From Alphaproteobacteria bacterium (lineage in GTDB: Bacteria > Pseudomonadota > Alphaproteobacteria > MPNO01): a stretch of DNA of 64,000 nucleotides. The stretch covers positions 1,280,001-1,344,000 of the forward strand of contig CBDFLJ010000001.1 in NCBI GenBank assembly GCA_965248835.1, given 5' to 3'. The position numbers and the translations under genes are program-made. Positions 1 through 11,173 of this stretch are shown one piece after another. Positions within the stretch are counted from its first letter, which is position 1; each line of letters begins with the position of its first letter. A model generated the notes under the pieces. That model had not been told where the DNA came from. It saw nothing but the letters and a program-made list of their open reading frames with translations, and made no database searches.

Positions 1-94
1 GAAAGCGGGCGCGCCGGGCGCCGGCCGGACCCTGACCGGCCGGGCGGTAGCCGCCCGATCCCCATCGAACCAACCCGGAGGTCGCCCCACCGAC

Positions 95-616
95 ATGTTG
101 CGAAAAACGGCATTGACGATCGCGGTCCTCGCCGGCGCCGTGCTGGCTGCCGGCGCCGCCCTTGCCGAGCCCAAGCGTATCGGCGGCTCTGAAGTCTGGG
201 GTGCCTTCGAGAGCGGCAAAGGCAAGCAACGGATCTGCTTCGTCCACGGCCTGCCGCAGAGCAGCCGCGGCAAGTATAAGAAGCGCGGTGAGGTCTATAT
301 CCAGGTCGCCCACCGCCCGGCCGAGGATGTGCACGACGAGGTGAGCGTGACCGCGGGCTATACCTACAAGCCCGCCAGCGCGGTCGCCATCGACATCGAC
401 GGCCAGAAGTTCTCGATGTTCACCGATCGCGGGACCGCCTGGATAAAGAGCGCCGAGGAGGACCGCAAGCTCGTGCGCGCCCTGATCAAGGGCAGGCGCA
501 TGGTGGTGCGCGGCCGCTCGAGCCGCAACACGCTGACCACCGACACCTATGCGCTCAACGGCTTCACCGCGGCCTATCGCCGGGCGAGCCGGGCGTGCAA
601 CGTGCCCATCTCCTGA
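95..616 (+). CDS. Invasion-associated locus B (IalB)-family exported protein
   Basis: Signal peptide; two Cys; C-terminal [13 protein letters not shown] pattern; sits directly upstream of rlmN as usual in Alphaproteobacteria. Confidence 0.75.
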   Translation: MLRKTALTIAVLAGAVLAAGAALAEPKRIGGSEVWGAFESGKGKQRICFVHGLPQSSRGKYKKRGEVYIQVAHRPAEDVHDEVSVTAGYTYKPASAVAIDIDGQKFSMFTDRGTAWIKSAEEDRKLVRALIKGRRMVVRGRSSRNTLTTDTYALNGFTAAYRRASRACNVPIS

Positions 617-617
617 G

Positions 618-1760
618 TTGTCGACGGCAACCACCGGCGCGGCGTTGCACGCGGCCGCCGACGGGCGGCGCGATCTGCTCGGGCTGAGCCGGGCCGAGCT
701 TGCCCAGGCCCTGGCCGAGCTCGATCTGCCGGCTTTCCGCGCCAAGCAGATCTGGCACTGGATCTACCATCGCGGCGCCACCGCGTTCGAGGAGATGACC
801 ACGCTCGCCAAGCCGCTGCACGTGCGGCTGGGCGAAATGTTCTTCATCTCGCGCCCGGCGGTTGTGAGCGAGCAGACCTCGGTGGACCGCACCCGGAAAT
901 GGCTGGTCGGCTTCGAGGACGCCAGGCAGGCCGAGACCGTCTTCATCCCCGAGGACGACCGCGGCGCGCTGTGCGTGTCCTCTCAGGTCGGCTGCACCCT
1001 CGCCTGCTCGTTCTGCTACACCGGGACGCAGCCCTTGGTGCGCAATCTGAGCGCGGCGGAGATCGTCGGCCAGGTCATGCTGGCGCGCGATTCCTGCGGC
1101 GAATGGCCGAGCCCGGACGGCGGGCGGCTGTTGTCCAACATCGTCCTGATGGGGATGGGCGAGCCGCTCTACAACTACGACAACGTCGCCAAGGCAGTGC
1201 GCATCTTCCTCGACGAGGAAGGGATCGCGATCAGCCGGCGGCGGATCACATTGTCGACCGCCGGCGTGGTGCCGCGGATCGCCGATGTCGGACGCGACCT
1301 CGGCGTCCGGCTGGCGATCTCCCTGCATGCGGTCGAGGATGGGCTGCGCGACGTTCTGGTGCCGATCAACAAACGCTATCCGATCGCCGAGCTGCTGCGC
1401 GCCTGCCGCGACTATCCCGATTCCCGCAACGCAAGGCGGATCACCTTCGAGTACGTGATGCTCGACGGCGTCAACGACTCCCCGGCCGATGCGCGGGCCC
1501 TGGTCGCGCTGCTCAAGGGGATCCCGTCCAAGGTGAACCTGATCCCGTTCAACCCGTGGCCGGGCGCGCCCTATGAGTGCTCGTCCGGGGCGGCGATCGC
1601 CCGGTTTGCCGAGATCCTGAACCGTGCCGGGCTCGCCGCGCCGGTGCGCGCCCCGCGGGGCCGCGACATCATGGCCGCTTGCGGCCAGCTCAAGTCGGCG
1701 AGCCTGCGCGCCCGCCGCCGGCCCGCCGGCGCGGTCCGGGAACGAACGGCGACGGCCTAA
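618..1760 (+). CDS. rlmN: 23S rRNA m2A2503 / tRNA radical-SAM methyltransferase RlmN
   Basis: CTLACSFC (CxxxCxxC), MGMGEP and AACGQL motifs; start set to in-frame TTG at 618 (ORF track starts at 549). Confidence 0.95.
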   Translation: MSTATTGAALHAAADGRRDLLGLSRAELAQALAELDLPAFRAKQIWHWIYHRGATAFEEMTTLAKPLHVRLGEMFFISRPAVVSEQTSVDRTRKWLVGFEDARQAETVFIPEDDRGALCVSSQVGCTLACSFCYTGTQPLVRNLSAAEIVGQVMLARDSCGEWPSPDGGRLLSNIVLMGMGEPLYNYDNVAKAVRIFLDEEGIAISRRRITLSTAGVVPRIADVGRDLGVRLAISLHAVEDGLRDVLVPINKRYPIAELLRACRDYPDSRNARRITFEYVMLDGVNDSPADARALVALLKGIPSKVNLIPFNPWPGAPYECSSGAAIARFAEILNRAGLAAPVRAPRGRDIMAACGQLKSASLRARRRPAGAVRERTATA

Positions 1761-2725
1761 AGCTTCAACAGAGTCTCCGCGTTGCCGTGGAGGATCTTGT
1801 TCCGGTCTTCGGTGGCCAGCGGAATGGTCTCCATCCACGTGGTGGCGGCGAGGTTGGATGCGAACGGGTAGTCGACCGAGAAGATGATCCGGTCCGCGCC
1901 CATCTCCATGACGCTGCACAGCAGCGCGGTGTCGGAGAAATTGCCGCTGGTCGTGATCCAGAAATGCTCGCAGAACGCATCGCGGAAGGAGGCGAGCGGG
2001 GATTGGCTGCGCGACAGCGCCTCGTCGATGCGGACCAGCAGAAAGGGCAGCCCTTCGCCCAGATGCCCCAAGATGATCTTGAGGCCGGGATAGGCATCGA
2101 GCACCCCGCTGAGCACGATCCGGATGCCGGCGGTCGCGGTCTCCACCGTGAACCCCCAGGCCGCGGTCAACAGCCCCGGGAACGCCTCGATATAGTCCTT
2201 GTAATAGGCCTGGATGACGTCCTCGTGCGGGATCGACGGGTGGATGTAGAGCGGCACGTCGAGCGCCGCGGCGCGCTCGAAGATCGGCCAGAACCGTTTC
2301 TCGTCGAGGAACGCGGTGCCCCCGGTCAGCCCGTGGACCATCGCCCCCTTGAAGCCGAGCTTGCTCACGCAGCGCTCCAGCTCGTCCGCCGAGGCGGCCG
2401 GATCCGCCGTCGGCAGCGCGGCGAAGCCCTGGAACCGGTCCGGGTTGGCGCTCACCGTCTCGTGCAGCCGGTCGTTGACGATGCGCGCCATGCGGACTCC
2501 GGTCTCGGCATCGAGCTTCTGCAGCGAGGGCGCGCCGTGCGAGAGCACCTGCAGGTCGATGCCCGCTTCGTCCATCTCCTTCAGCCGCAGCGCGCCGAGA
2601 TCGCTCAGGCGCTCGCTGATCTGCGGCGGCGTGCGCACGTCTCGGCCGGTGAACAGCTCCGGCAGGTCGGGGTCGAAATAGTGCTCCTCGATCGCGATGA
2701 CCTTCGATCCGTCCCTGGTCGCCAT
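1757..2725 (-). CDS. Amidohydrolase_2 family metal-dependent decarboxylase (dihydroxybenzoate decarboxylase-like)
   Basis: IAIEEH, LYIHP, ILGHLGE and FSVDYPF motifs. Confidence 0.85.
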   Translation of the reverse strand: MATRDGSKVIAIEEHYFDPDLPELFTGRDVRTPPQISERLSDLGALRLKEMDEAGIDLQVLSHGAPSLQKLDAETGVRMARIVNDRLHETVSANPDRFQGFAALPTADPAASADELERCVSKLGFKGAMVHGLTGGTAFLDEKRFWPIFERAAALDVPLYIHPSIPHEDVIQAYYKDYIEAFPGLLTAAWGFTVETATAGIRIVLSGVLDAYPGLKIILGHLGEGLPFLLVRIDEALSRSQSPLASFRDAFCEHFWITTSGNFSDTALLCSVMEMGADRIIFSVDYPFASNLAATTWMETIPLATEDRNKILHGNAETLLKL

Positions 2726-2772
2726 CTTCGTCTCCCTGAATTCCGATCTCTAGGCAACCGATCGCGCGCGCG

Positions 2773-3180
2773 TCAGTTCCAGCGCTCGGGGGTCCGCGTG
2801 TCCTCTTCCGGCGGCGGGCGGCCCTGGGTCGGGCCGGACTGATGGTGGATCATCTTCCACAGCCGGCCGTCGCGAATGAACATGTTGGTTGCCAGCAGGA
2901 ACTGGCCCTCCAACTCCTCGTAACATATCACCACGCCAAGATCGTCCTTGGCGTGGGCGACTGCTTCATGGCACTTGATGTCGGGCGAGTGCGGGTTGCC
3001 GATGATCGCCGCCCAGCTCCGCATCACCTCCTCGCGGCCGGTGAGCAGGTCCCATCCCGGGTGCATGCACACGATCGGCTCCCGGTCGCCCCAGATCGCA
3101 TCCATCGCCTGGGCGTCGCGGTCGGCAAACGCGCGGTAGAACGCTTCGTTGGCGAACAGCAATGCGTCGATGTCGGACAT
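2773..3180 (-). CDS. SnoaL/NTF2-like protein
   Basis: ANEAFYRAF...CMHPGW...WKMIHHQSGP; start set to ATG 3180. Confidence 0.8.
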   Translation of the reverse strand: MSDIDALLFANEAFYRAFADRDAQAMDAIWGDREPIVCMHPGWDLLTGREEVMRSWAAIIGNPHSPDIKCHEAVAHAKDDLGVVICYEELEGQFLLATNMFIRDGRLWKMIHHQSGPTQGRPPPEEDTRTPERWN

Positions 3181-3362
3181 CGTCCTTTCCCAGCCCGGCG
3201 CAAGACGACCACAAGCCAACCGGTTTGGCAATCGCACCTGCGCCGCGGCACCGCGGTTGACCCGTCCCGGACAGCCCCATACCATCGCCGCGTCGAAAGA
3301 GCGGCTCGCCGCAACCGCCAGACCGCGCCGGCCCACGGCGTGCAGGCAAGGGAGGACAACCC

Positions 3363-4367
3363 ATGAAGACCGGATCGCTCGCCGTGCTCGCCGCCGGCCT
3401 CGCGCTCGCCGCGCCGTTCGCGGCCGCGGCCCAGGACAAGGTCAACCTCAGGTTCCTGACCGCCTGGGACGACCGCTACGAGGGCACCAAGTTCATCGCC
3501 TACCGCTATGGCGATATGGTCAAGGAGGCCTCCAAAGGCCGCATCACGATGTCCTTCAGCGGCCCCGAGGTGGTGAAGTTCAAGCAGCAGCTCCAGCCGA
3601 CATCGCGCGGGGTCTTCGACATCAACCTGTCGGTGGCGCCCTACTATTTCGGCACGACCAGCGTGCTGATGGCCTATTTCGCGATGCCGGCGGACACCGA
3701 GCTGTGGCGTGAGAAGGGCTACTGGCAGTTCGCCGACAAGGAGCTCAACCGCTTCAACCTGACGATGCTGGCGCACCCGCTGGGCGGCTCCAGCGACGAT
3801 GTCTTCCACATGCTGCTCAAGGAGCCGGTCAAGCCCGTCGCCAAGCCGCTGGCCGGCCGCAAGCTTCGCGGCAACATCTTCTACAAGCCGATCATCGAGC
3901 CGCTCGGCGGGTCGATCGTCACGCTCTCGGGCGGCGAGATCTACAGCGCCCTGCAGAAGGGGGTGGTCGAAGGGGCGGCCTGGCCGGTGCTGGGGGCGGT
4001 GAACTTCAAGTGGTACGAGGTCACCCGATACATGACCCGCCCGCGCTTCGGCGCCTCGCCCTACCAAGTCTACATGAACACCGACCGGCTCAACAAGCTG
4101 AGCCGCGACGACCGGGCGCTGCTCCTCAAGGTCGGGCGCGCGCTCGAGCAGGAGACCCCCGGCGTGTTCGACCGGGCGACCAGCGAGGAGATCCGCAAGC
4201 TCAAGGAATTCGGCATCAAGGAGACCCATCTGGACCCCAAGGTCGCTGAAGACCTCGCCAAGGGCTGGAAGATCGGCGTCTGGGACCTCGCCCGGGCCAA
4301 CAAGAGCTCCAAGGCGCGCGGGCAGATGCTCTACGAGATGGCCAAGGCGAACGGCCACGCGCCTTAG
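3363..4367 (+). CDS. dctP: TRAP transporter substrate-binding protein (DctP family)
   Basis: Signal peptide; GRKLR and EIYSALQKGVVEG motifs; GGAGG RBS. Confidence 0.85.
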   Translation: MKTGSLAVLAAGLALAAPFAAAAQDKVNLRFLTAWDDRYEGTKFIAYRYGDMVKEASKGRITMSFSGPEVVKFKQQLQPTSRGVFDINLSVAPYYFGTTSVLMAYFAMPADTELWREKGYWQFADKELNRFNLTMLAHPLGGSSDDVFHMLLKEPVKPVAKPLAGRKLRGNIFYKPIIEPLGGSIVTLSGGEIYSALQKGVVEGAAWPVLGAVNFKWYEVTRYMTRPRFGASPYQVYMNTDRLNKLSRDDRALLLKVGRALEQETPGVFDRATSEEIRKLKEFGIKETHLDPKVAEDLAKGWKIGVWDLARANKSSKARGQMLYEMAKANGHAP

Positions 4368-4411
4368 GGCGGCCGCGCGCGGCGTCCGGACGACGCGCCG
4401 GCGCCGGCGGG

Positions 4412-4936
4412 ATGCGGCCGGTCGTCCTTTTGTGCCGTCTGCACGACGGCCTTTCGGACCTCGGCTATATCGTCGGGGCGCTGGGGCTCGCCTCGATGGC
4501 GGCGATCTACTGCTATGAGGTGCTGACCCGCTACTTCCTCAACCTCGCCACCGACTGGGCGAACGATACCTTTTCCAACGTGCTGTGCGTGACCCTGTTC
4601 GCGATGGTGCCGCACGCCACCCGCAGGGGCCAGCACATCGCCATCACCCTCCTGCCAGAGATCTGGCCGCGGCTCGCCCCGGCGCTCCGGCTGTTCACCG
4701 CCGTTCTCGGGACCGTGATGTGCCTGTTCGCCGGCTGGATGAGCCTCGAGGAGAACATCCGCCAGATCACCATGGAGATCGTCACCCCGCAGAACTATCC
4801 GGTCCCGCAATGGTGGATGTCGGTCTTCATCACCTACGGCTTCGCCGGCGCCGCGCTCTATTTCCTGCGCGGCCTGTTCCCGCACCCGGCGCTTGCGCCG
4901 GTGTCGTGGATCACGCCCCGCCAGGCGGCGGCCTGA
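4412..4936 (+). CDS. dctQ: TRAP transporter small permease
   Basis: About four hydrophobic segments; HIAITLL motif; lies between dctP and dctM. Confidence 0.85.
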   Translation: MRPVVLLCRLHDGLSDLGYIVGALGLASMAAIYCYEVLTRYFLNLATDWANDTFSNVLCVTLFAMVPHATRRGQHIAITLLPEIWPRLAPALRLFTAVLGTVMCLFAGWMSLEENIRQITMEIVTPQNYPVPQWWMSVFITYGFAGAALYFLRGLFPHPALAPVSWITPRQAAA

Positions 4937-4945
4937 GGTCCGGCG

Positions 4946-6253
4946 ATGGAATGGTGGGCCATCCTGACGATCGGCATCGTGGTCCTGGTCGCGTTGTTCC
5001 TGACCAGCGCGCCGATCTTCCTCGCATTCCTGATAATCATCCTCTCCGGCGTGGTGTTCTCCTTCGGCGATGCCGCCTTCGGCATGGTGGTCAACTCGAT
5101 GTACGACACCGGCACCACGGCCGCGCTGGGGACCGTGCCGCTGTTCATCCTGCTGGGCGAGATCCTGTTCCGGTCGGGCAGCATGGAGGTGCTGCTCGAT
5201 TCGATCGACAAGCTGGTCGGCAGGCTGCGCGGGCGGGGCTATGTGCTGTCGATCTCTCTGTCGACGGTGCTCGGCGCCCTGTCCGGCTCGGGCATCGCGG
5301 TCGCGGCCATGCTCGGCCGCTCGCTGCTGCCGATGATGCGCGGGCGCGGCTATGACACCAAGCTGTCGATCGGCACCATCCTCGCCGGGGCGTGCCTGGC
5401 GCCGATCATCCCGCCCAGCATCCTTGCGATCATCGTCGGCACGCTCGCCGACGTCTCGATCGCCGCGCTCCTGATCGCCGGCGTCCTGCCGGGCCTGATG
5501 CTCGCCGGGCTGTTCATGGCAGCGTGCATCATCAAGGTCCGCATCAATCCCGCGCTCGCCCCGGTGGAGGAGAATGTCGAGACGGTCAATCTCCTGGGCA
5601 AGCTCAAGGCGCTCGCCGGGCTGCTGCCGTTCTCGATCATCATCTTCATGGTCATGGGCCTGATCATGCTGGGCGTGGCGACGCCCTCGGAATCGGCCGC
5701 AACCGGGGTGCTGGGCGCGATCCTGACGGCGGCCTATTACCGCCGGCTGAGCTTCCGGATGCTGTACGAGGCGGTCGGCGAGGCGGCGCTGCTCGCCTCG
5801 GTGATCCTGCTGATCCTAGCCAGCGCGGTGATGTTCACCCAGCTTCTCGCGTTTACCGGCGCGACCCGGGCGCTGACCGAGGTCGTCACCAACATGGACG
5901 TTCCGGCGTGGCTGATGTTCTTCCTGATGATGTTGCTGCCGTTCATCCTGTGCATGTTCATCGACCAGCTCGGGCTGATGCTCGTGATCATCCCGATCTA
6001 TCTGCCGATCATCAAGGTCTTCGAATTCGACCCGGTGTGGTTCTGGCTCCTGTTCCTGCTCAACATCACCCTGGGCGCCATCACGCCGCCCTTCGGCTAC
6101 GTGATGTTCGCCGTCAAGGCCGCCGCCCCGGACGTGCCGATGGGCGAGATCTTCAACGCCTCGTGGCTGTTCGTGTTGCTGACGCTCCTGGGCATGGTCC
6201 TGATGGCCGTCTTCCCCGGCATCGTCACCACCCTGCCCAACGCCGTCCAGTAG
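4946..6253 (+). CDS. dctM: TRAP transporter large permease
   Basis: Highly hydrophobic; LAPIIPPS, ATPSESAA and GAITPPFG motifs. Confidence 0.9.
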   Translation: MEWWAILTIGIVVLVALFLTSAPIFLAFLIIILSGVVFSFGDAAFGMVVNSMYDTGTTAALGTVPLFILLGEILFRSGSMEVLLDSIDKLVGRLRGRGYVLSISLSTVLGALSGSGIAVAAMLGRSLLPMMRGRGYDTKLSIGTILAGACLAPIIPPSILAIIVGTLADVSIAALLIAGVLPGLMLAGLFMAACIIKVRINPALAPVEENVETVNLLGKLKALAGLLPFSIIIFMVMGLIMLGVATPSESAATGVLGAILTAAYYRRLSFRMLYEAVGEAALLASVILLILASAVMFTQLLAFTGATRALTEVVTNMDVPAWLMFFLMMLLPFILCMFIDQLGLMLVIIPIYLPIIKVFEFDPVWFWLLFLLNITLGAITPPFGYVMFAVKAAAPDVPMGEIFNASWLFVLLTLLGMVLMAVFPGIVTTLPNAVQ

Positions 6254-6326
6254 GCCCGGTTTCGAGCACAGGCGCGGCCGGTTCGGGGCTTGCTCCGTCG
6301 ATCCGCAAAGGCCGGGCGGCGCAATT

Positions 6327-6571
6327 GGTCTTTGGCGCCTGAATTGGATACACCCGCTTATAGAAGGAAACGGTAGACCGGCGCGCGCGGCATGTTACTT
6401 TCTTCTGTGCGCTCGTTCCGGGGCAATCCCGAGCGGATAAGTGACAGGCGAGCCGGACACGAAGCCGCGCTGGCGGCGGCAGATCGCGCTTGGGATGCAG
6501 GCGGCCTCGATTTCACGGACCTGGAGGACGATCTCGCAACCCTGCTGACGGCGCAGTTGGAAGACGGTTGA
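6327..6571 (+). pseudogene. Fic-domain gene remnant (truncated, frameshifted)
   Basis: Reads GLWRLNWIHPLIEGNGRPARAACYFLLC (degenerate HPFxEGNGRxxR). A second frame continues PERISDRR...AALAAADRAWDAGGLDFTDLEDDLATLLTAQLEDG*. No 5' part is visible. Confidence 0.7.
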
Positions 6572-6621
6572 CCGCCGCACCGGGGTTCTAGGGCCTGGAT
6601 TCGACAGCGGGAGGACAGGAC

Positions 6622-8106
6622 ATGTGGCGCCCGCCGCAGCGTATCAAGTGGTCGTCCGATCCGGGAAGCTGGCCGGGCCGCGTCGAGGCGGCGGGCGCGC
6701 TTCTGTTCCAGCCGATCGCGGTCGGGCCGACGATGCTGGAGACCCGCACCTGGGTGCCGGCGATGGTGCCCTGGCGGGCGACCGCAGACGGCGAGGTCAC
6801 GCCGGAAGTGCTCGGCTGGTACGACCGCTTCGCCCGCGGCCGGCCCGGCGCGATCGTGGTCGAGGCGACCGGTATCCGCGACATCCCGAGCGGGCCGCTG
6901 CTCAGGATCGGCGATGACCGGTTCCTGCCCGGCCTCAGGACCCTCGTGGAGACCGTCCGCAGGTCCTCGGGCGGGCACACCAGGCTCTATATCCAGCTCC
7001 TCGATTTCCTGGCGATCCGCCGCCGCCCCGACCCGGAGCGCTATTTTTCCCGGTTCCTCAGGATCACCGACCGCCACCGCGAAGCGCTCGGTGCCCAGGG
7101 CTGGGCGGAGGATCGGGTGCGCGCGCATCTGGCCGGGCTCGACGATGCGGCGCTGGAGGCGGTTCTCGATGCGCGCGAGCTGGAGGCGCTGCGCCAGGGA
7201 TACCGCGAACGGGTCACCGACCTGGACCTGCCCCACATCCGCGACCTGCCGGCGGTGCTGCCCGATCTGTTCGCCGCAGCCGGGGCAAGGGCGCGCGCGG
7301 CCGGCTTCGACGGGATCGAGCTGCACTACGCCCACGCCTACACGATGTCCCAGTTCCTGTCGCGGCTGAACGACCGGCAGGACGGCTATGGCGGCGCACG
7401 CGGGAACCGGCTCCGGCTGCCGCTGGAGGTCTATCGCCGGGTGCGCGAGGCCGTCGGCGCCGATTATGTCGTCGGTTGCCGCTACCTCGCCGAGGATTGC
7501 GTGGACGGCGGCAACACGGAAGAGGATGCGGCCTGGTTCGGCGCCGCATTCGCCGAGGCCGGGTTCGATTTCCTGTCGCTGTCGCGCGGCGGCCGGTTCG
7601 AGGATGCGCTGCAGCCGGCGGTCGGCGCCGCGGCCTATCCCTATACCGGGCCGAGCGGCTACGAATGCATGCCGCAATTCGTTTCCGACGAGACCGGCCC
7701 GTTCGGCCGCAACGTGCCGGCCGCATCGGCGGTGCGCGCCGCGGTCCGTGCCGCCGGGTACACCACGCCGGTGGTGGTCACCGGCGGCATCCACGGCTTC
7801 GAGCAGGCTGAAGGGCTGCTCGCCGACGGCAAGGCCGACATCATCGGCTTCGCCCGTCAGAGCCTCGCCGACCCCGACTGGTTCCTCAAGGTCCGGCTAG
7901 GGCGCGGTGAGGAGGTGGTGGTGTGCGAGTACACCAACTACTGCGAGGCGCTCGATCAGAAGCACGTGCCGGTGACCTGCAAGCTGTGGGACCGCAAGGA
8001 CAGGGACGAACCCGGTGTCCTGACGACTCCCGACGGCAAGCGCCGCCTCACCGCGCCCGTGTGGGAGCCCGGCCTCGACATCGACGCGGCACTCGCCGCG
8101 GAATAG
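6622..8106 (+). CDS. NADH:flavin oxidoreductase (old yellow enzyme family)
   Basis: AGFDGIELHYAHAY, RQDGYGG and GFARQSLADPDW motifs; C-terminal Cys cluster CEYTNYC. Confidence 0.85.
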   Translation: MWRPPQRIKWSSDPGSWPGRVEAAGALLFQPIAVGPTMLETRTWVPAMVPWRATADGEVTPEVLGWYDRFARGRPGAIVVEATGIRDIPSGPLLRIGDDRFLPGLRTLVETVRRSSGGHTRLYIQLLDFLAIRRRPDPERYFSRFLRITDRHREALGAQGWAEDRVRAHLAGLDDAALEAVLDARELEALRQGYRERVTDLDLPHIRDLPAVLPDLFAAAGARARAAGFDGIELHYAHAYTMSQFLSRLNDRQDGYGGARGNRLRLPLEVYRRVREAVGADYVVGCRYLAEDCVDGGNTEEDAAWFGAAFAEAGFDFLSLSRGGRFEDALQPAVGAAAYPYTGPSGYECMPQFVSDETGPFGRNVPAASAVRAAVRAAGYTTPVVVTGGIHGFEQAEGLLADGKADIIGFARQSLADPDWFLKVRLGRGEEVVVCEYTNYCEALDQKHVPVTCKLWDRKDRDEPGVLTTPDGKRRLTAPVWEPGLDIDAALAAE

Positions 8107-8120
8107 CTGCGCGACGATCG

Positions 8121-9398
8121 CTACTCCGCAGCCTCGGCGGGCGGCCTTTCGCCGACCGCGCCGCTGTCCCAGATCCGCTCGACATCCTCGGCCTGGTAGC
8201 CGAGCACCTCGCGGAGGACCTCCGCGGTGTGCTCGCCGAGCAGCGGCGAGCGGGTCACGACCGCGGGCGAGGCCGACAGCTTGACCGGACAACCGACCGA
8301 TATGTAGGGGCCGCGCTCGGGGTGATCGACCTCGACGATGGTGCCGGTCTCGCGCAGGCTCGGCTCCTCGGCGATCTCCTTCATCGACAGGATCGGGCCG
8401 ACCGGGATATCGAGCCGGTTGCAGATCTCCATGACCTCGAACTTGGTCTTGGTCTTGGTCCAGTCCTCGATCGTATCGAAGACCTCGTTGAGCTGCGGCA
8501 GCCGCGCCTTCGGCGTGGCGTAGTCGGGGTGCTCCTTCCACGCCGGCTTGCCGATCAGGTCGCAGATCTTCTCCCAGACCGCCGCCTGGGTAATGAAATA
8601 GGTGTAGGCGTCGTCGTCTTCCTCCCAGCCCTTGCACTTGAGGATGCGGCCGGGCTGGCCGCCGCCGGAATCGTTGGCCGCCCGCGGGGTCGCATCCTTG
8701 AAGGGGATGCCCTGGCCGTATTGCGAATATTCGGTCAGCGGGCCCACCTCCAGCCGCTGCTGGTCGCGCAGCTTGACCCGGCAAAGGTTGATCACCCCGT
8801 CCTGCATCGCGGCCTGGACCCGCTGTCCCTTGCCTGACCGCTCGCGGTGGAACAGCGCGGTGACGATCCCCAGCGCGAGATTCAGCCCGGTGCCGCTGTC
8901 GCCGATCTGGGCGCCGGTGACCATCGGCACGTTGTCGAGGAAGCCGGTCGTCGATGCCGCCCCGCCGGCGCACTGGGCGACGTTCTCGTAGACCTTGCAG
9001 TCCGCGTACGGTCCGGGTCCGAAGCCCTTGACCGAGGCCATGATCATGCGCGGGTTGAGCTTCTGCACCTGCTCCCAGCCGAAGCCCATGCGCTCCATCG
9101 CGCCCGGGGCGAAGTTCTCCACCATCACGTCGCATTGCCTGATCAGGCGCGTCAGCACCTCCTTGCCCGTCTCGTTCTTGGTGTTCAGCGTGATCGAGCG
9201 CTTGTTGTGGTTCAGCATGGTGAAGTACAGGCTGTCGACGCCTTGGATGTCGACAAGCTGGCCGCGCGTCGGATCGCCTGAGCCCGGTCGTTCGACCTTG
9301 ATCACGTCGGCGCCGAACCAGGCCAGCAATTGCGTGCAGGTCGGTCCGGACTGGACGTGGGTGAAGTCGAGAATCCTGATACCCTTGAGTGCTTCCAT
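8121..9398 (-). CDS. frc: Formyl-CoA transferase (family III CoA-transferase)
   Basis: [34 protein letters not shown], catalytic IGDSGTG and SGGGQPG loop. Confidence 0.92.
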   Translation of the reverse strand: MEALKGIRILDFTHVQSGPTCTQLLAWFGADVIKVERPGSGDPTRGQLVDIQGVDSLYFTMLNHNKRSITLNTKNETGKEVLTRLIRQCDVMVENFAPGAMERMGFGWEQVQKLNPRMIMASVKGFGPGPYADCKVYENVAQCAGGAASTTGFLDNVPMVTGAQIGDSGTGLNLALGIVTALFHRERSGKGQRVQAAMQDGVINLCRVKLRDQQRLEVGPLTEYSQYGQGIPFKDATPRAANDSGGGQPGRILKCKGWEEDDDAYTYFITQAAVWEKICDLIGKPAWKEHPDYATPKARLPQLNEVFDTIEDWTKTKTKFEVMEICNRLDIPVGPILSMKEIAEEPSLRETGTIVEVDHPERGPYISVGCPVKLSASPAVVTRSPLLGEHTAEVLREVLGYQAEDVERIWDSGAVGERPPAEAAE

Positions 9399-9418
9399 CT
9401 ACCGGATCTCCCGAGCGC

Positions 9419-11170
9419 TTACTTGTACATGGTCTGGGCTTTGGTCCCCGGCGCGTACTCGTTGGGGTCCACCCAGACGTTGAGGACGGCGCATTTGCCG
9501 GTCTTGGCGATCGCCTCGCGCGCGCGGCGCAGCGCCGGGCCGATCTCGGCGGCCTCGCGGACCTCCTCGCCGTAGCCGCCGATCATCTTGCCGAACATCG
9601 AGAACGCGACGTCGCCGAGCTTGTTGCCCACGCTGCCGCGCTGGGCGCCGTACTTGGCGATCTGGCCGTAGCGGATCTGGTTCATCGCCGAGTTGTTGCC
9701 GATCACGGCGAGGTAGGGCGCGCCGAACCGCTGGGCCGTTTCCATGTCGAAGGCGGTCATGCCGAACGAGCCGTCGCCATACAGGCACATGACCTCCTTT
9801 TCGGGATGGGCGAGCTTGGCCGCCATGGCGAACCCGGTGCCGACGCCGAGCGATCCGAGCGCGCCGGGGTCCATCCACTGGCCGGGCTTGCGCGGCCGGA
9901 CCGCCTGGGCCGAGATCGTCACGATGTCGCCGCCGTCGCCGATATAGATCGTGTCCTCGCCGAGGAACGCGTTGATCTCATAGGCCAGGCGGTAAGGATG
10001 GATCGGGTTGTCGTCGCTCTTGAACATCGGCATGAGCTTGTCGAGCTTCGCCGCTTCGATCCGGCGCAGCGCGTCCATCCACGCGCGCCGCTGCTTGCGT
10101 GCGCCCTTGTCGATCCGCCCCGATGCCGCCTGCGCCACCGCTGCCAGGATCGCGCCCGGATCGCCGGCCAGCCCGAGCGCGATGTCCCGGTTCTTGCCGA
10201 CGGTGGCATAGCTCTGGTCGATCTGCACCAGGGTGGCCGCCTTGGAGATCCGCCGTCCGTAGCCCATCCGGAAGTCGAACGGCGTGCCGACGATCAGGAT
10301 GACGTCGGCGTCCTTGAAGGCATCCGACCGGGTCCGGTCGAAATGGTGCGGATCACCTTCCGGCAGCATGCCGCGGGAGGCGCCGTTCATGTAGGCCGGG
10401 ATGTCGAGCGCGCGCACGAATTCGATCGCCGATTCGTGGCCGCCGCTCGCCCAGACCTGCTGGCCGAACAGCACTGCCGGCCGCTCCGAGGCGACAAGGA
10501 TGTCGGCCAGCCGCTCGATATCGGCCGGATCGCCGATCGACCGGGTCGAGGCGCGGTAGCTTCCGGGTTCGGGGATCCGCGCACGCTCCAGCGGGATCTC
10601 CGCATCGAGGACGTCGCGGGGGATCTCCAGATAGGCCGGGCCGTAGGCGCCGTTGAAGCATTCCCGGGCGGCCATCGAGACCATGTCGGCGACCCGCTCG
10701 GTCGAGAAGACGCCCGAGGCGAACTTGGTGATCGGCGTCATCATGTCGACATGGGGCAGGTCCTGCAGCGATCCCTGCTTGTGCTGGGCGAGCGAGCTCT
10801 GCCCGCCGATATGCAGGATCGGGCTTTCCGAGCGGAACGCGGTGGCGATGCCGGTCACCGCATTGGTGCAGCCGGGCCCCGCCGTGGTGACGACGCAGCC
10901 GAGCTTGCCGGTCTGGCGCGCATAGCCGTCGGCGGCGTGCGCGGCGGTCTGCTCGTGGCGGACGTCGACGATGCGGATGCCCTCGTCGATGCAGCCGTCG
11001 TAGATGTCGATGATGTGACCGCCGCACAGGGTGAAGATCGTATCCACCCCCTCGTTCCTGAGCGCCTTGGCGACAAGATGGCCGCCGGAGATGACATCCG
11101 CATCCCGGCTCTTCTGCGCCAACGTGTCATGTGCGGTCGACGAGGTCCTGTCTTGTTCCTTCACGCTCAC
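9419..11170 (-). CDS. TPP-dependent enzyme, 2-hydroxyacyl-CoA lyase / oxalyl-CoA decarboxylase-like
   Basis: VRHEQTAAHAADG; GDGSFG...NN TPP motif; co-oriented and adjacent to frc. Confidence 0.8.
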   Translation of the reverse strand: MSVKEQDRTSSTAHDTLAQKSRDADVISGGHLVAKALRNEGVDTIFTLCGGHIIDIYDGCIDEGIRIVDVRHEQTAAHAADGYARQTGKLGCVVTTAGPGCTNAVTGIATAFRSESPILHIGGQSSLAQHKQGSLQDLPHVDMMTPITKFASGVFSTERVADMVSMAARECFNGAYGPAYLEIPRDVLDAEIPLERARIPEPGSYRASTRSIGDPADIERLADILVASERPAVLFGQQVWASGGHESAIEFVRALDIPAYMNGASRGMLPEGDPHHFDRTRSDAFKDADVILIVGTPFDFRMGYGRRISKAATLVQIDQSYATVGKNRDIALGLAGDPGAILAAVAQAASGRIDKGARKQRRAWMDALRRIEAAKLDKLMPMFKSDDNPIHPYRLAYEINAFLGEDTIYIGDGGDIVTISAQAVRPRKPGQWMDPGALGSLGVGTGFAMAAKLAHPEKEVMCLYGDGSFGMTAFDMETAQRFGAPYLAVIGNNSAMNQIRYGQIAKYGAQRGSVGNKLGDVAFSMFGKMIGGYGEEVREAAEIGPALRRAREAIAKTGKCAVLNVWVDPNEYAPGTKAQTMYK

Positions 11171-11173
11171 TTT

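Noticed and set aside
3225-3242. Sigma54 promoter upstream of dctP (TGGCA...TGC)
   Set aside because: The GG-to-GC spacing is 11 nt rather than the required 10.
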